The notes under the pieces are model-generated. The model saw only the letters and a list, made by a program, of their open reading frames with translations. It made no database searches and was not told the DNA's origin. The position numbers and the translations under genes were made by a program. Shown here piece after piece: positions 1 through 12,060 of a stretch of DNA of 64,000 nt. The stretch covers positions 1-64,000 of the forward strand of contig JAHDYR010000024.1 of the NCBI GenBank assembly GCA_019828565.1. Direction: 5' to 3'. The first letter of the stretch is position 1, and every line of letters starts with the position of its first letter. The stretch is from Carpediemonas membranifera BICM (taxonomy: Eukaryota > Protista > Fornicata).

Positions 1-1052
1 ATGTCAACTGGAATGTAGCTAGCTTCAACACGCGCTTCTCTGCTAACATGTGTCGTTGTATCATACCAAATATCTCTGGCTGTCTCGAGATACTGTGGTG
101 ACTGAATGCCTCGTGCAATACGGCTGGAAATGTTATACTTAACCGACTTGACAAAGGCCCACCGATCGCTTTTCAACTTGGTGGGGTTGAGGTGGGAAAG
201 CATGGAGACACATTGATCTCGTTCATCTTCGCTGTTGAAGAAGATAGTAATGTGCGTTCCATCATGTAAGTAGTTGTTGACCGGAACCGGCAAGGGAGCC
301 TATTGCGTCAGCTGCAATTGGGAAACGTGTCGTATGTTCGAGAGGGAACTTCTGGTTGTTTTGATCATAACGAAACGTGTTGTGCGAACAGTGTATCTCG
401 TCTGGTACAAGACTCTCGAAAAAAATCTGCCTCGTGATCTTTCATGGCTTCTTTCACTCCGAACACGTTCCTAATATCACACCCAAGGTCTTTGAGAGCA
501 TAATGTGAGACATCAAACTTCATGGTCTGGATACCCAGCCTTTTGGCGATCGCGTTAAAGACAGTAACCTCATCATCAACGACATTGACACCTTCAGTGA
601 TCCGCTTGAGCGCCATTGAGAACGGAAATGCATGCTCGGTGTTCTCAATCTTCTCGAGTAGCAGGTGGTTGTCCTCGCACAAGCTATCTCTCTCGTCCGA
701 CGCAGGTGAGAAGGCATGGGACCATGTTGGTGTGTACTCTCTGACAGTAGCACATATGTTACGTCGAAAAACGATCCGTATTACCATCAAGCAAGGAAAC
801 AAAGACAGGATCAAGAATGCTCTTGTCAATATCACCATCAGTTAGAGATAGCAAGACAGCCTTGAACAACGAACGCGAATCCTTATCGCATTGACGGAAC
901 CGTCGATCCATGCCATTAGCGTGGTGTCCTTGGATCGAGGTGTAAACGTTTGCTAGAATGACATTGACGGCGGAAACGCTTGATGGTGCTAGAATGTTAC
1001 CGTAAGGTGTCATTCTCCAGATGACCAAAGTAGCTTGTGTGGAGATATGCAT
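1..1052 (-). CDS. Transposase paralog, N-terminal part (runs off the left edge; frameshifted)
   Basis: Joined ORFs 759-1052, 365-838 and my manual translation of 1-300 align with the 25078-27600 protein: LKRITEGVNVVDDEVTVFNAIAKRLGI vs LKSITNGYNAVNDEIRIMNSLAGRLNL; ITIFFNSEDER vs IVVFYDSEQDR; PQYLETAR vs PVSLETSR. Confidence 0.85.
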
Positions 1053-1178
1053 GTCCTCCCAGTTTTTGTTTCCTTTACGTTTTTTTCGCTGTTTATATTG
1101 GTCCTACGTAAAAAAATGTCGATGCCATTTTCTCCACCTCATTTTGGCAGTGCAGTTTAAGAACAGCTATAGGGGAAC

Positions 1179-2708
1179 ATGACTGATTCTAATCACAGAC
1201 AATTGTCGCTCAGTGTTTGTGACCTTTACTGGAACTCTTGTGTCCTGTGCAAAAACTTTGCCCAACAACCTGCCGGGCTATTTAGAACAAGCCACAAGGG
1301 TCTTCTTTATGTTCCCTGCGCGTTCGCATTTCTATCACATCTTTCAAGACCTGGAGACGTTTGATGACATGCTTCAGCTTGCTTGTCTTCACGCGCAAGA
1401 GCTTGAGAATTCGGATCAGGCATCGCAGGTTGCCCGGATTCTCTCTCGCGTCATCAAACTGCGAAGCCATCCACAGCTAAGCATGGATGTTCAGCTTCGC
1501 GAAGGCGAATCGCTGCCCGACCGTCTTCACACGCTTATACAAGGGACGTTGTGGGCCATACTGAGGACGGTGACCGATGGTGACTCGAGCGCTCTCTGGT
1601 TCATGTGCAGGAAGTTCATGTTTTTCACATAGTGTTGCTAAGAGAGATCGGACTGTCATCAAGAGCTATGATGCATCAGAGCTCGTGCATTATTGTGGGT
1701 TTGTCTTCCACGACAATCATCGTTCATTCCGTCACCGGATCATGCGGTTCTGGTCTGATGGCAAGTGTTTCTTCTTCTCAACCAGCAAGGCGTTCTACAT
1801 TGGCAACTTGTGGTTCGCTCGTGTTACATCTGTCCATCAGGCGGTTTTCCCCGCAGCCATAGCTGAGAAGCTTGCCAAGATGCATCTGTGGTGCAGGCAT
1901 CGATTTGTTCTTGACTGCCACTGCAACACTTACATCATGTTGCACACAATGCACGGGGTGCTCGTTACAGCGCCTTCTCAGGAGTATGGCGTTAATATGA
2001 TGGCTTGGTTTGGACACGATGTGGCCCTCACTCACCGATTCTCTTCGTTTGCTAAGGTGAAACTTCCCGTCAATCTTGGAGGGATCAGGGCCGTGCCTGG
2101 ACTTGTTATCTTGTCCGGAACGGTCCGGGCATCCAAGACAAAGAATATAGTCCCAGCCCAGTTCTTCACCGGTAATACCACTGGTCATATTCCCGCTGAT
2201 GACATGACGGATGTCGCCCATCCGGGGTTCAGGAGGACACCTGTCTGGATCGACGCAATCATCTTTGTTGCACAGTCTAGGGTTTATGATCGTTAGATCT
2301 GGCAATGATTGCTATCTCATCGGTAGATCCCGACTCATCCCCAACATTGTCCGATCTCTATTTTTTTGGACCCAAACCCGATTCCTTGCAGCGAACATGA
2401 GGTGTATAGGTTGTACCCACTTTCCAAGTTTGTGCTATTGCCCAACAACGTCCTTATCTATGTGCGAGTAGACGGCGGGAGCAGACAAACTGTGGTTTCG
2501 AGACAATCGCATGGGTTTCCTGCTATTGCGCGCTTTGAGGCATCAAAAATATGCAGTGACACTGATGGATAAGTCCCCCAGCACTTACTGGCTGTTCAAC
2601 CCACTCAACAAACGGTGGTACGCGTACAACAATATTCTGCGGTGGACACCAACTCTTCCATGGATGCCGTTGTATGAGAAACCAATACCAGCAGAAATTG
2701 TTGTTTGA
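1179..2708 (+). CDS. Spliced hypothetical protein
   Basis: ORFs 1213-1632, 1577-2296 and 2366-2572 join in frame via GT-AG introns 1599-1632 (34 nt) and 2282-2326 (45 nt); 2511-2708 follows after a slip in an A run near 2545. No recognised domain. Confidence 0.6.
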
Positions 2709-2920
2709 CCCACATTGCCCAATAAACGCGTAATAGAAACGTCTCCACACCTTCCCCACCTTCCCCAGCGGGGACGACAGTCAATCTACTGCAGCGAATT
2801 TGCTGCCGTGGGATGATGTTGACCCCAGTGAGTGGCTAACCCCGGCCGGCCGCTGTATGTAGATAAGCCGCAAGTGATTAAATTACATAAAGGCTGGATC
2901 GCTTCTTCCTTCCTTTACTC

Positions 2921-4157
2921 TCACAATGCCAGACTCGGATTCAGTGCCAGGAGGCTTTCCTTGCAGACCTGGCAAAAATAAGAACCTGGCAACGGTTCCA
3001 TCAATCGAGGTCTCCCACATGGCCACACCGCATGGCTTGCAATACCAAGATTTGCACATGTTGCAGAAGAAAGAGTCCCTTCCCTTTGACGATTTGATCT
3101 TAGCCTTGCAGCGGGTGCATTCAGAAGCAGCAGCACAATCCGGACACGTGAAATTGGTAATGGCCTTCTTCCCATTGCTGAGCCACCTCACGCACCTCCC
3201 ATGGTAGTAGCGGTTGCATGATCCGCACTGGGCGAAGTCAGTTTCGTTCTCCGGATTGCCCAACCAATCCGGGGAAGTGCAATGCCCGCAGCAAAAATGC
3301 TAGTTGACGCATAAACATATCGAAAGAAATCAGCGGACCTGTCTTCTCAGCAATGCTGACATCACTGTCATCACTGTCATCAGCAGTAGGACGCTTCAGC
3401 TCTTGCTGATGTGCCATATCGAACTTTCGTTCACCAACAACGTATTGGTGAAGATCCTGGATCATTTGGTGTTGGACCGAAGGATTTGTCAGAGAAGAGT
3501 CACGAGCGGGAGTCTTCGCATCTCTTTCAGTCTTAATGGATCCAAGAAGGCTGTTATCGTTGAGCAGTGACTCAGATTTGATTGGAGACGCAGGAAAGCT
3601 GGGTTCATCTCCCCTCAGCCTTTTTGGTCTGCACGCTTTGCTTGTGATATCTTTGCCTGGCATCAAGAAGTAGACCTGTCGGGAAGATGAACTTCATCTT
3701 CTTCAGGTTCTCGATGTCCATATCAGGGGCGTTGGCTAGTCTGAGGACATTCGCCATCTCCTTCATGAAAAACTGACAGATCCTTGGCGCTAGGCTTCTC
3801 TTTCGGCGTCAACTGGTGGTAGATGATCGGCTTAGTCTTGGTGTAACCGAGCTTATAACCCAAATCTCTCGCCCAGTCTAGCAACCCCTTCTCGTTGAAG
3901 TTCTTCTTCTTCAAAGCAACAAAACCACCGTACACAGGGACAAGCAAGTTCGACACGACAGTGTTATAGGCCGATAACACGGAGTCTTTGGGCATTCCCA
4001 GTGAGAGGCCACTGTCTACGTCGATATCATCGACAATGACAAAGAAGCATGTCAACATGGCCCGAAAAAGTGATCTTTGAAAGATTTGTAGTAAGATCAT
4101 GACCAGTGAACGCGCGATAGGTTCCAGGAGACTTCTTTTTTTCGGCACTTGCTTCAT
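2921..4157 (-). CDS. Double PHD-finger protein (paralog 1)
   Basis: Removing the 39-nt intron 3300-3338 gives FCCGHC..W..AQCGSCNRYYHGRC..FTCPDC followed by CTRC..CNMC..WYC..C..CQVC, matching the paralog at 23606-24887. Frameshifts lie in homopolymer runs. Confidence 0.8.
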
Positions 4158-4389
4158 TTCGTTCGATATGTTTATAACGTAAATGAATTATGTAAAGGGT
4201 GTCACTGAGAATGAAACCAATGAAACCACATCTAGAAACGCCTGAGGGAGCTGCATCACAAGTGGTCAGCATTTCATCGGACATTATGCGCGGAATTGGC
4301 ATTGTTGAAGAAATTCAAAGCCGCTTTTGTTTAGATAGTCGCTTGGAATCAATATGCAGATCAATAATGGCAGAAACAGGCAAAAATGA

Positions 4390-6267
4390 AGGCAATTGGT
4401 GCTGCTTATGTTTATGACTACAACAAAGACTCATTAAAAGCAGCACGAGTACATTTCATTTGGAGAAGTGCTCAGTTTGACGAATACCGTGTGGACATCT
4501 GTAACTCATCTCAGACTGATCTTAGAGCTCCCAAAGCGGAGACTGAGAACAGTTCTCGCCATACAATGTCAGGGGATGACCTGATATCTCTATTTCGCGG
4601 TTGCTTGTTCCGCCCTGTCGCCGTGCCCATTTACTTCAACTGCTCCACTAGCATGAACGCCCTTCCAGGGGAAACTCCAGCTTCTCTCCCTGTGTTACAC
4701 GAGCTTTTTGTCTTCTTCTCTCGAGAGTGCTGTGCGATGATAGCCTTCATCTCAGGCGTAAGACCGAGGTCTAGGGGTGGGACCGTTATGAACTTCTGGC
4801 CCCCGTACCTCATCATGGTGCTATTGATCCGAGTCCACAAAGCTCCAGCCACATTGTTCCTCTGGAACAGTTCCATCAAGGCAGCGAGAGCAACGTAGCG
4901 GTCAAGCTCGATTGTTGCCTCCTCGGCGCGCCTGATAAGCTCCGCCCAGTTGTCTTCGAGTTCATCGGCGAGTGCTTCAAGCCCAGCCTCACTCGCGCGT
5001 GCCAACTCTGCTTGAGTAAACTGATGGATCGCCTGATCCTCGCCCTTCTGCTGACCTAACTCAGCTTCTAGTCTCTTCTGGGACTCCTCAGAATCTCTGT
5101 TAGCCTGTTCAAGCGCCTCCCTCGCCTCCCTCTCCTCAGCAAGCCGTTTCATCAAGGGCTCGTACTGCTCCAACAAGCGCACAGACTCGGGTACATCATC
5201 AAGGCCTGCAATGGTGTCGTCTAGCTGTGCTAAGCTGTGATTAAGCAGGGACACTGGCTCGCGGACGTCATGATCGGCCTCTGCATCAACATCGTAAACC
5301 GTCTGGAGACCAACGGTGTCTGTGTCGTCCACATCGGACTCTACTTCGACGTCTTGATCAGTCTGGGGCAAAGGAACGCCGTCACCCTGCATGGCGGCCG
5401 GTTCAGCGTGGCCATCGGACTCGTCCTCGTCAGTGTCGGAAAAAATTCCACGGCGTCGCTGGCGGGTGGTGTCACATATGCATGCCCTGTATCTTGCGCA
5501 TAGGATGCAGTAACGAGTTCAAGCGAGTGTATGGCTTCCTCGCGGTCATTCCTTGCCTGAATAGCTTCGGCGGCTGCCTTGGCAACATCTCGACGCAACC
5601 GCTCAAGCTGGGCTGATGTCACATCGCTTCCCGGATCATTCTTGCAACCAGAAAGAATGTCCTCGTAGGGGAATGCACGCGGCGGGCCTCGACAGTGCCC
5701 TCAGGGGCGACGAAGAGAGCGCGAAGGATCAGGTTGACTTGATCTGGAAGAAAGAGACGGCCTGTTCCTTCTAGATGAATAGAGCCACGATGTGACGGCA
5801 TGACAGCCTCGCGGTTATCCTCAAAGGTGATCGCTGATCCGGTGTAGTGGTCAAAAAAACTGCTTCCGCACGATTTCAACCTGATCATCCTCCATAAACA
5901 AGCCTGCAGGAACCTTAGACAGCTCGGGCCGGGCAAGGTCGTCACTAATGGCCATGAGCTCGGGAAGGGAAGCCTTGTTGATGAGATCCATTAGTGAAAC
6001 TCGGCCAGCGAGACCAAACACATCACGAATCTCGTCAATGACGATGTTATCGACCAGCGCGCATCTCAGGGCTGTCTTCGTTATCACTTTGTGCTCCTTG
6101 AGGTGCTCCAAGCGGCTCTTATTCGTCCGGAGTGCGAACCATCTCTCGAACATACTCTTATCTGCTCGAATAGCCTTACGCTCTTGACCAGGTGCAGCAG
6201 AAGCAATCCTAACGGTCTTCTCATGATGCTCACGAATCCAGCTGCGTAGAATAGTGATATCTAGCAT
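4390..6267 (-). CDS. Coiled-coil acidic protein, paralog of 18504-20488 (fragmented, no OTU domain seen)
   Basis: Consecutive ORFs 5851-6267, 5619-5945, 5341-5622, 4631-5392; LDLGLTPEMKAIIAQHS matches IDLNFTPEMKDIIAQHS, and the N-termini are similar (ILRSWIRE / FLHEWIES). The 3' end is approximate. Confidence 0.6.
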
Positions 6268-6837
6268 CTTTTTCCAAAAATTTCACAGCAATGCAGTGTT
6301 ATTTTTCAGAGTGAATATTTTTGTTCTTTCGAAATAAGATGCAGGAAGAGCTTTTAGTATATAGCACGTACGACTGAAGGCATTTTTAAGCATGTTTATA
6401 GCATGTATATGCAGGTAGTTGATTGTAGGTACTGTCAAAATTTTCTGTTTACGCAAAGCAATATAAATATGCCAATTCATCACGTAAAACTTCTGGAGCC
6501 GTGTTCAGACAGTCAGAGAACCCACCATACCGCTTTTCAGCCAGAATAGACTCAACCCTAATTTTTGCTTTTACGTATATCTCGGTAAATAGACTCGAAC
6601 GATATGTAAAAAAATCTTGGATCCGTCCTAACATATCAAATACTACACATATACCAAGTTTCAGCCAAATCCAAGCCGAGAAGATCACCCCCGTCAAGCC
6701 CATGGACAATGGTAGGTCAGCGTGGTTTTGGCGAAAATAACAGTGCATTGCTGTATTCCAAATGTATGACTTATAGTGCAATGCACTGTTATTTTCGCAG
6801 AGCCGAACTTGGACGTGGCCAGAAACTGACATCGCTG

Positions 6838-6888
6838 AAAAGCTCAGAGACGTCGTTATATCATCTATAACGGCATCTCTGAGCTTTT
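6838..6888. repeat. Imperfect 23-bp-arm inverted repeat
   Basis: AAAAGCTCAGAGACGTCGTTATA-TCATC-TATAACGGCATCTCTGAGCTTTT, 2 mismatches. Confidence 0.8.
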
Positions 6889-7601
6889 AAGCACACAGTT
6901 CTCATCCTGACGTGGAGATTGATGCTTGATAAATTGAAGAATCGACTAGGAGAGCTCTACGCTTGCATGCAGCCTTCTATTAGGTTGTTGATGTTGGTTA
7001 TATGCTTCTTTTTCGTTCTCGATGCGTGTGGATGAGTATTCTGTTGCAAGATTCATTTTGATGGACTGATGTTGGTTATAGAGGATAAAGGCACCAGAAT
7101 GGATCATATGCATGCTATAAACCGTTCTGTGCCGTTGGTCGGACGGCTTCAGAAGTCATTGTATAGAAGGAGATCGTTTAATGGTCATCACATACATCAT
7201 GGTATTGCGGGGAATCATGGTAGTGAGGTGATTCGATTTCGAGACTCGGTGGTGAACTGCGGACAGGAGATGGAGGCGGACTTACAACAGGCGTGGCGGG
7301 GGCTGGCGTTGAAGGCGGAGTGGGGGATGGAGACGGGCACGGAGATGGATACGGCGAGCTGTACGGCATACACCTTACTGGAAGCGGCATCTCCGGCCAC
7401 TTGACGAACCTGCACCGCCGGGCAGTTAAATCTTCAGGCCTCTTCTTGTTCCGTTTTAGTTTCGTCATCGCTCTGTGCAGAACAAGACGCAATTTTCGCA
7501 CAACATTTACGTATTTACCCAGTTATGTGTCGGTATATGTTCAAACCACGGCCAGGCCCCACCGGGGGTGAGTGTTGGGCATGCGCCGGTGTTCTTAGGA
7601 C

Positions 7602-8351
7602 TCATGGTTTCGAGTTCAATGCTACGACCCTTTCGAATCGCATCTCTAAACTTTTCCTCCAGGACCCCAGTTGGCAGCAGTCGACCATTCTCTTTCGCTG
7701 ATCTACAGAGAGTAAGACCTGTTCAGTGTCATCTAACAGAAGCGGACTCGGCTTGGCGACGCATTCATGCACGCGCATGATGACCTTGAGCTTGTCAAGA
7801 CATTCGGCAGCAGTGGGACGCTTCGTTGGGTCGAAGTGGAGCATCTGCATTGCCAGGTCGTACATTCCGAGGCAAGTGGGTGGCGTTGTGCCGCGAATCG
7901 GTAGTGCAGAGTTCACGTTCACGAAGTTGAGACAATCTCTGAGCGGTTCGAGTGTCTTACGTGACAACTGCAACTGCCCACCATAGAAGTGGCACCAGTT
8001 CAGCAAGCTACCAAGCTTCAGCATCTTATTCTTCTTCTTGTTGTCGATCTGCGCCATGTCAGTCACCTTCGCGGCAAAGGGGGACTTGGGGAGACCGTAA
8101 AAGAGCAATGACTACACCGCACGAGTAAATGTCGGAGGCAGGTGTGACGACATGAAGAACAGGCGGGAAGAGCCGATGCAGTCATGCGCGTATGCTTGGA
8201 GGTCTCGTATGGCGCTCGTTGACGGCGGAATGACCGAACACGAACACACTTTGAACATTTCTGGGGGTAAATACCCATGCGTGCCGCGATATTCGGATGC
8301 CGATTTCAGTTCTATGGCCCAGTTCTCGTCGCGACAAGCCGGCTTCGTCAT
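7602..8351 (-). pseudogene. Protein kinase C-lobe remnant (paralog of 12508-13760)
   Basis: RGTHGYLPPEM, SDIYSCGVV, KSPF and MLHFDPTKRPTAAECL are spread over several frames; no HxD, DFG or N-lobe upstream. Confidence 0.75.
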
Positions 8352-8522
8352 AGCAGAACTTCTTCATCAACGAAGTCTGTGCAGGATATGATTGAAATGA
8401 TTGAAAAGAAACAGCCTGACATAAGACCCACCCAACCTTACATGGGTCATTGAAGGGTTGTGTGCCACGCTCTTGGTGCTGTGTCATTGCTGCGTATAAA
8501 CTGCTGGTATAAACTGCGTAGA

Positions 8523-9370
8523 ATGCAGCAAGAAAGTGGAACTGTCAACTTTTGCTGCGATTGCTTTCCGGAAGAGCTTGCGCGTCGTGTCTATGCAAAT
8601 TGGGCGGACATGGGCGAAGCCGCGATGAAGATAGACGCCTTGCCTTTCGATGATGACCAAATTGTCGAGCTTGACGGCCAATCGCTCATTTCTCTGAAGT
8701 GCAGCACATGCATGGTGTCAAAGGGCGATGACATGATGTATGGTTTGGTCACGGCTGGCGATGTTGATGAGGGAGAAGTGCTCGGGATTGCCAAGGGTGT
8801 TCTTAGCGATCAGCCTTCTCGGATTCAGCTATCGTCACAGCTGCACCTCATGACTCCTGATGAAGCATGCGTCAACAAGCTTTGCCATCATTCGGCTGCT
8901 GGCAACTGCAGGTTTGCCCTATTCAAGGTGGATAAGAAGCCGATCTGCTTCTTGGTTGCCACCAGCAAGATCCCAAAGGACAAGGTCATCCTTGAAGGTG
9001 GCGGCACTGACGATAATGTCTTTGTCGTGGTTAAGCATGCGAGGAATCGTGATGTACCGAAGGACGTGAAGCACTCAATTTCTCGCGTGGTCCAGGAGGA
9101 TGCAGAGAAGGCGAAGAAGTTAGATGTAATGAAGTCGAAGAAGAAGGCGAAGGCAAAGAAAAAGGAAGCAGACATGACGGAGGAGGAGAAGTACAGATTA
9201 GAGCAGAAGAAGCTAAGAAAAAGCATGCGCCAATGGGGAGCTGGGAGCCTTCTAAGAAGAAGAAGACGACTGTGAAGAGAAAGGGTACCAAATCGAGGTT
9301 GACGAAGAAGGACAAGGTGGCCATGACGCACAATGCGAAGACGTTGGACGAGTTCCTTAAACTGTTTTAA
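8523..9370 (+). CDS. Degenerate SET-domain protein with Lys-rich C-terminus
   Basis: YGLVTAGDVDEGEVLGIAKG, KLCHHSAAGNC (for RFINHSCxPN) and FLVATSKIPKDKVI (for AxrdIxxGEEL); the terminal FDY Tyr is absent. A frameshift near 9240-9250 extends the frame to the TAA at 9370. Confidence 0.7.
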
Positions 9371-9458
9371 CCTTTATGTCTCTTCAGCCCGCAGAGACGC
9401 CTTCGAATAGTGGGGTTTAGAGGCGCGCTGATCGAGTCAATGGTCAACAATTGCATCT

Positions 9459-10317
9459 TTACACTGTAGAGAACATACCGAGCTCTCTTAAAAACTGGTA
9501 AATCTCAACCTCCATCTCTTGACGAGCAATCTGCCGTTCTTCAGTCATGGAAAGATGGTTGCGAAGCTTCTTTCTCTCATCAGACGGCATTGTCAGGCAA
9601 GCTTCGTCGTAGGTGGCATTGCTCGTGGACAGGATAAAGAAATCAGCATTGATCGCTTCAGGGGAGAAGCAGGGAGACAATCTTGTTCCAAGGGAGGTTT
9701 GGAAACACCTTCGCCAGGTGTTCGCGCAAGGCAGCGCGAAGATTGGTCGAGAAAAACTTCTCGTCACTGCGAGGAAGGCAGTACTTGGAGAATTTCTTCG
9801 TATCCTTCAGCTTCAGGAACCGACGCTGTTCTTCAGGATCCAGGCGAGCATGTGGCACATCTGGCGTTGCGTCAAGAGCAACCGCTAAGGTGTCAAGCAG
9901 TGTCTTCATATCTTCTGTCGCAGCAGTCTCAGGGTCAACGCTGCGGAAGGCATGCAGCGCTGATTGGTAAGCAGCTTCTGCCCGCGCTGCCACCTCGTCC
10001 TTCCTCGATGGGTTCATGTGGACAGACTCGGACTCAGTGTTGAATGCAAGTCGGAAACCAGCTCGTGTTGAATTCTTGACCATCTGCTTGAAGTTGTGCG
10101 CCTCCGTCTTCTTGATGCACGACAGAATAGTTTCTTGGATATCAGCATCAGCCTTTTGCAGGACTGCCGTGCAATTCTCCAACGCGGCCTGAGACAACGG
10201 CTTGTAGGTGCGGTACGACGAAGTATTCGCTCTCCGCGCAGCTATCGCTGCTAACTGCTTGCGAGGCGCCTTTCCACCTTGCGTAGGCCGGCGAGCCGTT
10301 TGCTTTGTTCTAGCCAT
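9459..10317 (-). CDS. Histone H3 N-terminal tail mimic fused to an unrelated helical domain
   Basis: [30 protein letters not shown] vs H3 [29 protein letters not shown]; no histone fold follows. The C-terminus probably continues in ORF 9459-9767 after a slip near 9665. Confidence 0.9.
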
Positions 10318-10379
10318 CGTCTTCTGAATGCAGAATTATATGCAATACATTTCTCACATAAAGCTGCTTTTAAAGTGCG

Positions 10380-12060
10380 ATGCCATTTTCTCACCCTCAA
10401 TTTGGCATTGGCGTCATGAACGACGATCAGACATTTTTCAATGCAATGGGGTGGAGAAATCGATATCTGGATGGATCAAAGCTGTTTGAATGTGTCTGTG
10501 GGGACATCAGTAGCGAAACACGCAACGTCGGTTTTCCCTCGCCATCCCGACGTCACAAGTGCACCCGTACTGCACTGGCGCTGAAGAATACACGTGTCCT
10601 CATCGTGTTCGAGCCAACCTATGGGTTCGTTGCTGGAGATAGCAGGCAGTTTTCGATTGATGAATCTGTCTCCATTGGAGGGCACGCAGAACGCATTCGT
10701 CAGATCTTTGCGGCAATGCATAGCGAGTATACGGTTATCGAGACGGCCCAGTTCGAGAACGAGGACGATTTTGAGGCGAAAATCAAGGAATTCGGCAAGC
10801 TGTATGGTGACTATGAGACTTTTTTTCATTATCACTGGTCACTCGGACTCTGATGGTCGGTTTGTGGTCGATGCCCGCACGATACCAGCCATCTGGACAA
10901 CTGCCTTCGACTTCATCGAGGCAATTCTGAAGAATTATGAGAGTCATGTCTGCAAGTTCGCCCGAATCATGGGTGTGTATATTGCCGCCTGCCAGTCTTC
11001 CGCCCGTGACCCACGGCCGATCTTTCAGTTGTATTCTGGCAAGTTCAAGTTCACAATGCAACGGTGTGTGGTGCTTTTGACACCAGATGAGCTACCCGCC
11101 GTCGAACTTGCCGCCCATGACGCCACGTGGCTCATCAGAATCATGACTCAGCCAGATCACCTCCATGAGATCGCGCAATTCTGGTTCTGGATGTCCAAGC
11201 TCTCGTACATGAAGCGAAGAGTCATTATCGCAAGACCTGACGGTTGTGCAAAAGCGAAGATCGTATCGGAGGAAGACGCAAGACTCCCGCCGCGTTGTTA
11301 TCCTTTGCTTAACAAGGTTTACCGGCCTGCGTACCCGAACTTCGATTCCACTGCTAAGATCGTCGACTTTCGCTCTCTGCTCTTGATCAAGTCTGAACAC
11401 GAGTCATCTGTGGCCATTGAGTCTCACATCAACAATATGATTGAGAAGAAAGAGATTCCAATCGGCACCAGCGGTCAGCCACAGTCCTTCGTTGAGGAAA
11501 TTGTGAATGGGTTGAAGTCATGGAGGAAATACTCGACACACCGTGATGGCAGCTGTGTTGCGCACTGCTGTTGCATGATTAGGGACGGCCATTTCCGGGA
11601 TATGACCACCCTGACCCACAGAACAGATCTTGAGGCAGCCATGGCTTTGCGTGCCGAGCTGGTGGAAAGCCGGGTGAAGCGGACGGCTCTGACGGAGGAT
11701 TCCGCTAAGGCAGAACTGTTTTCCAAGATGGGCTGGCTTACCGATGATGCTGTGCGAGAGTTTTCCATGATCTACATGCGTAATGTCATCATGGTGTGCA
11801 ACAACGGTAATAATTCTACAGTGATATTGTTCACACATGGTCACCAGTTTTGGGGTTTGTACCCTTCTGGCGACTCAGCTGCTGATCGTTGTGAGAATTT
11901 CCAGGTGTTCTGTTCCAGACATGGCATTACCCACTTTATTCTGCTCCAGGACGACCATGCGGAACTTGTCAGTCTCCCAGAGGGTATCAAAAGAAAAGCG
12001 CAAATACAGGAAGGCGCTCCGTCATCCACAAGTAGACAAAAAGATGATGAGAGTGATTAA
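10380..12060 (+). CDS. Caspase/CHAT-like peptidase + OTU-like cysteine protease fusion
   Basis: ORFs 10380-10853 and 10594-12060 join at the T run near 10820. FFIITGHS and VYIAACQS fit the caspase-hemoglobinase His/Cys dyad; RDGSCVAHC...GWLTDDAV...ILLQDDHAE fits OTU Cys/His. Confidence 0.65.

Noticed and set aside
2760-2860. Structured ncRNA between convergent genes
   Set aside because: Several short stems are possible but match no family I recognise.
9459-10317. A bona fide histone H3 or CenH3 gene
   Set aside because: Similarity stops at about residue 29; no YRPGT/EIR/LLIRKLPF histone-fold motifs follow.
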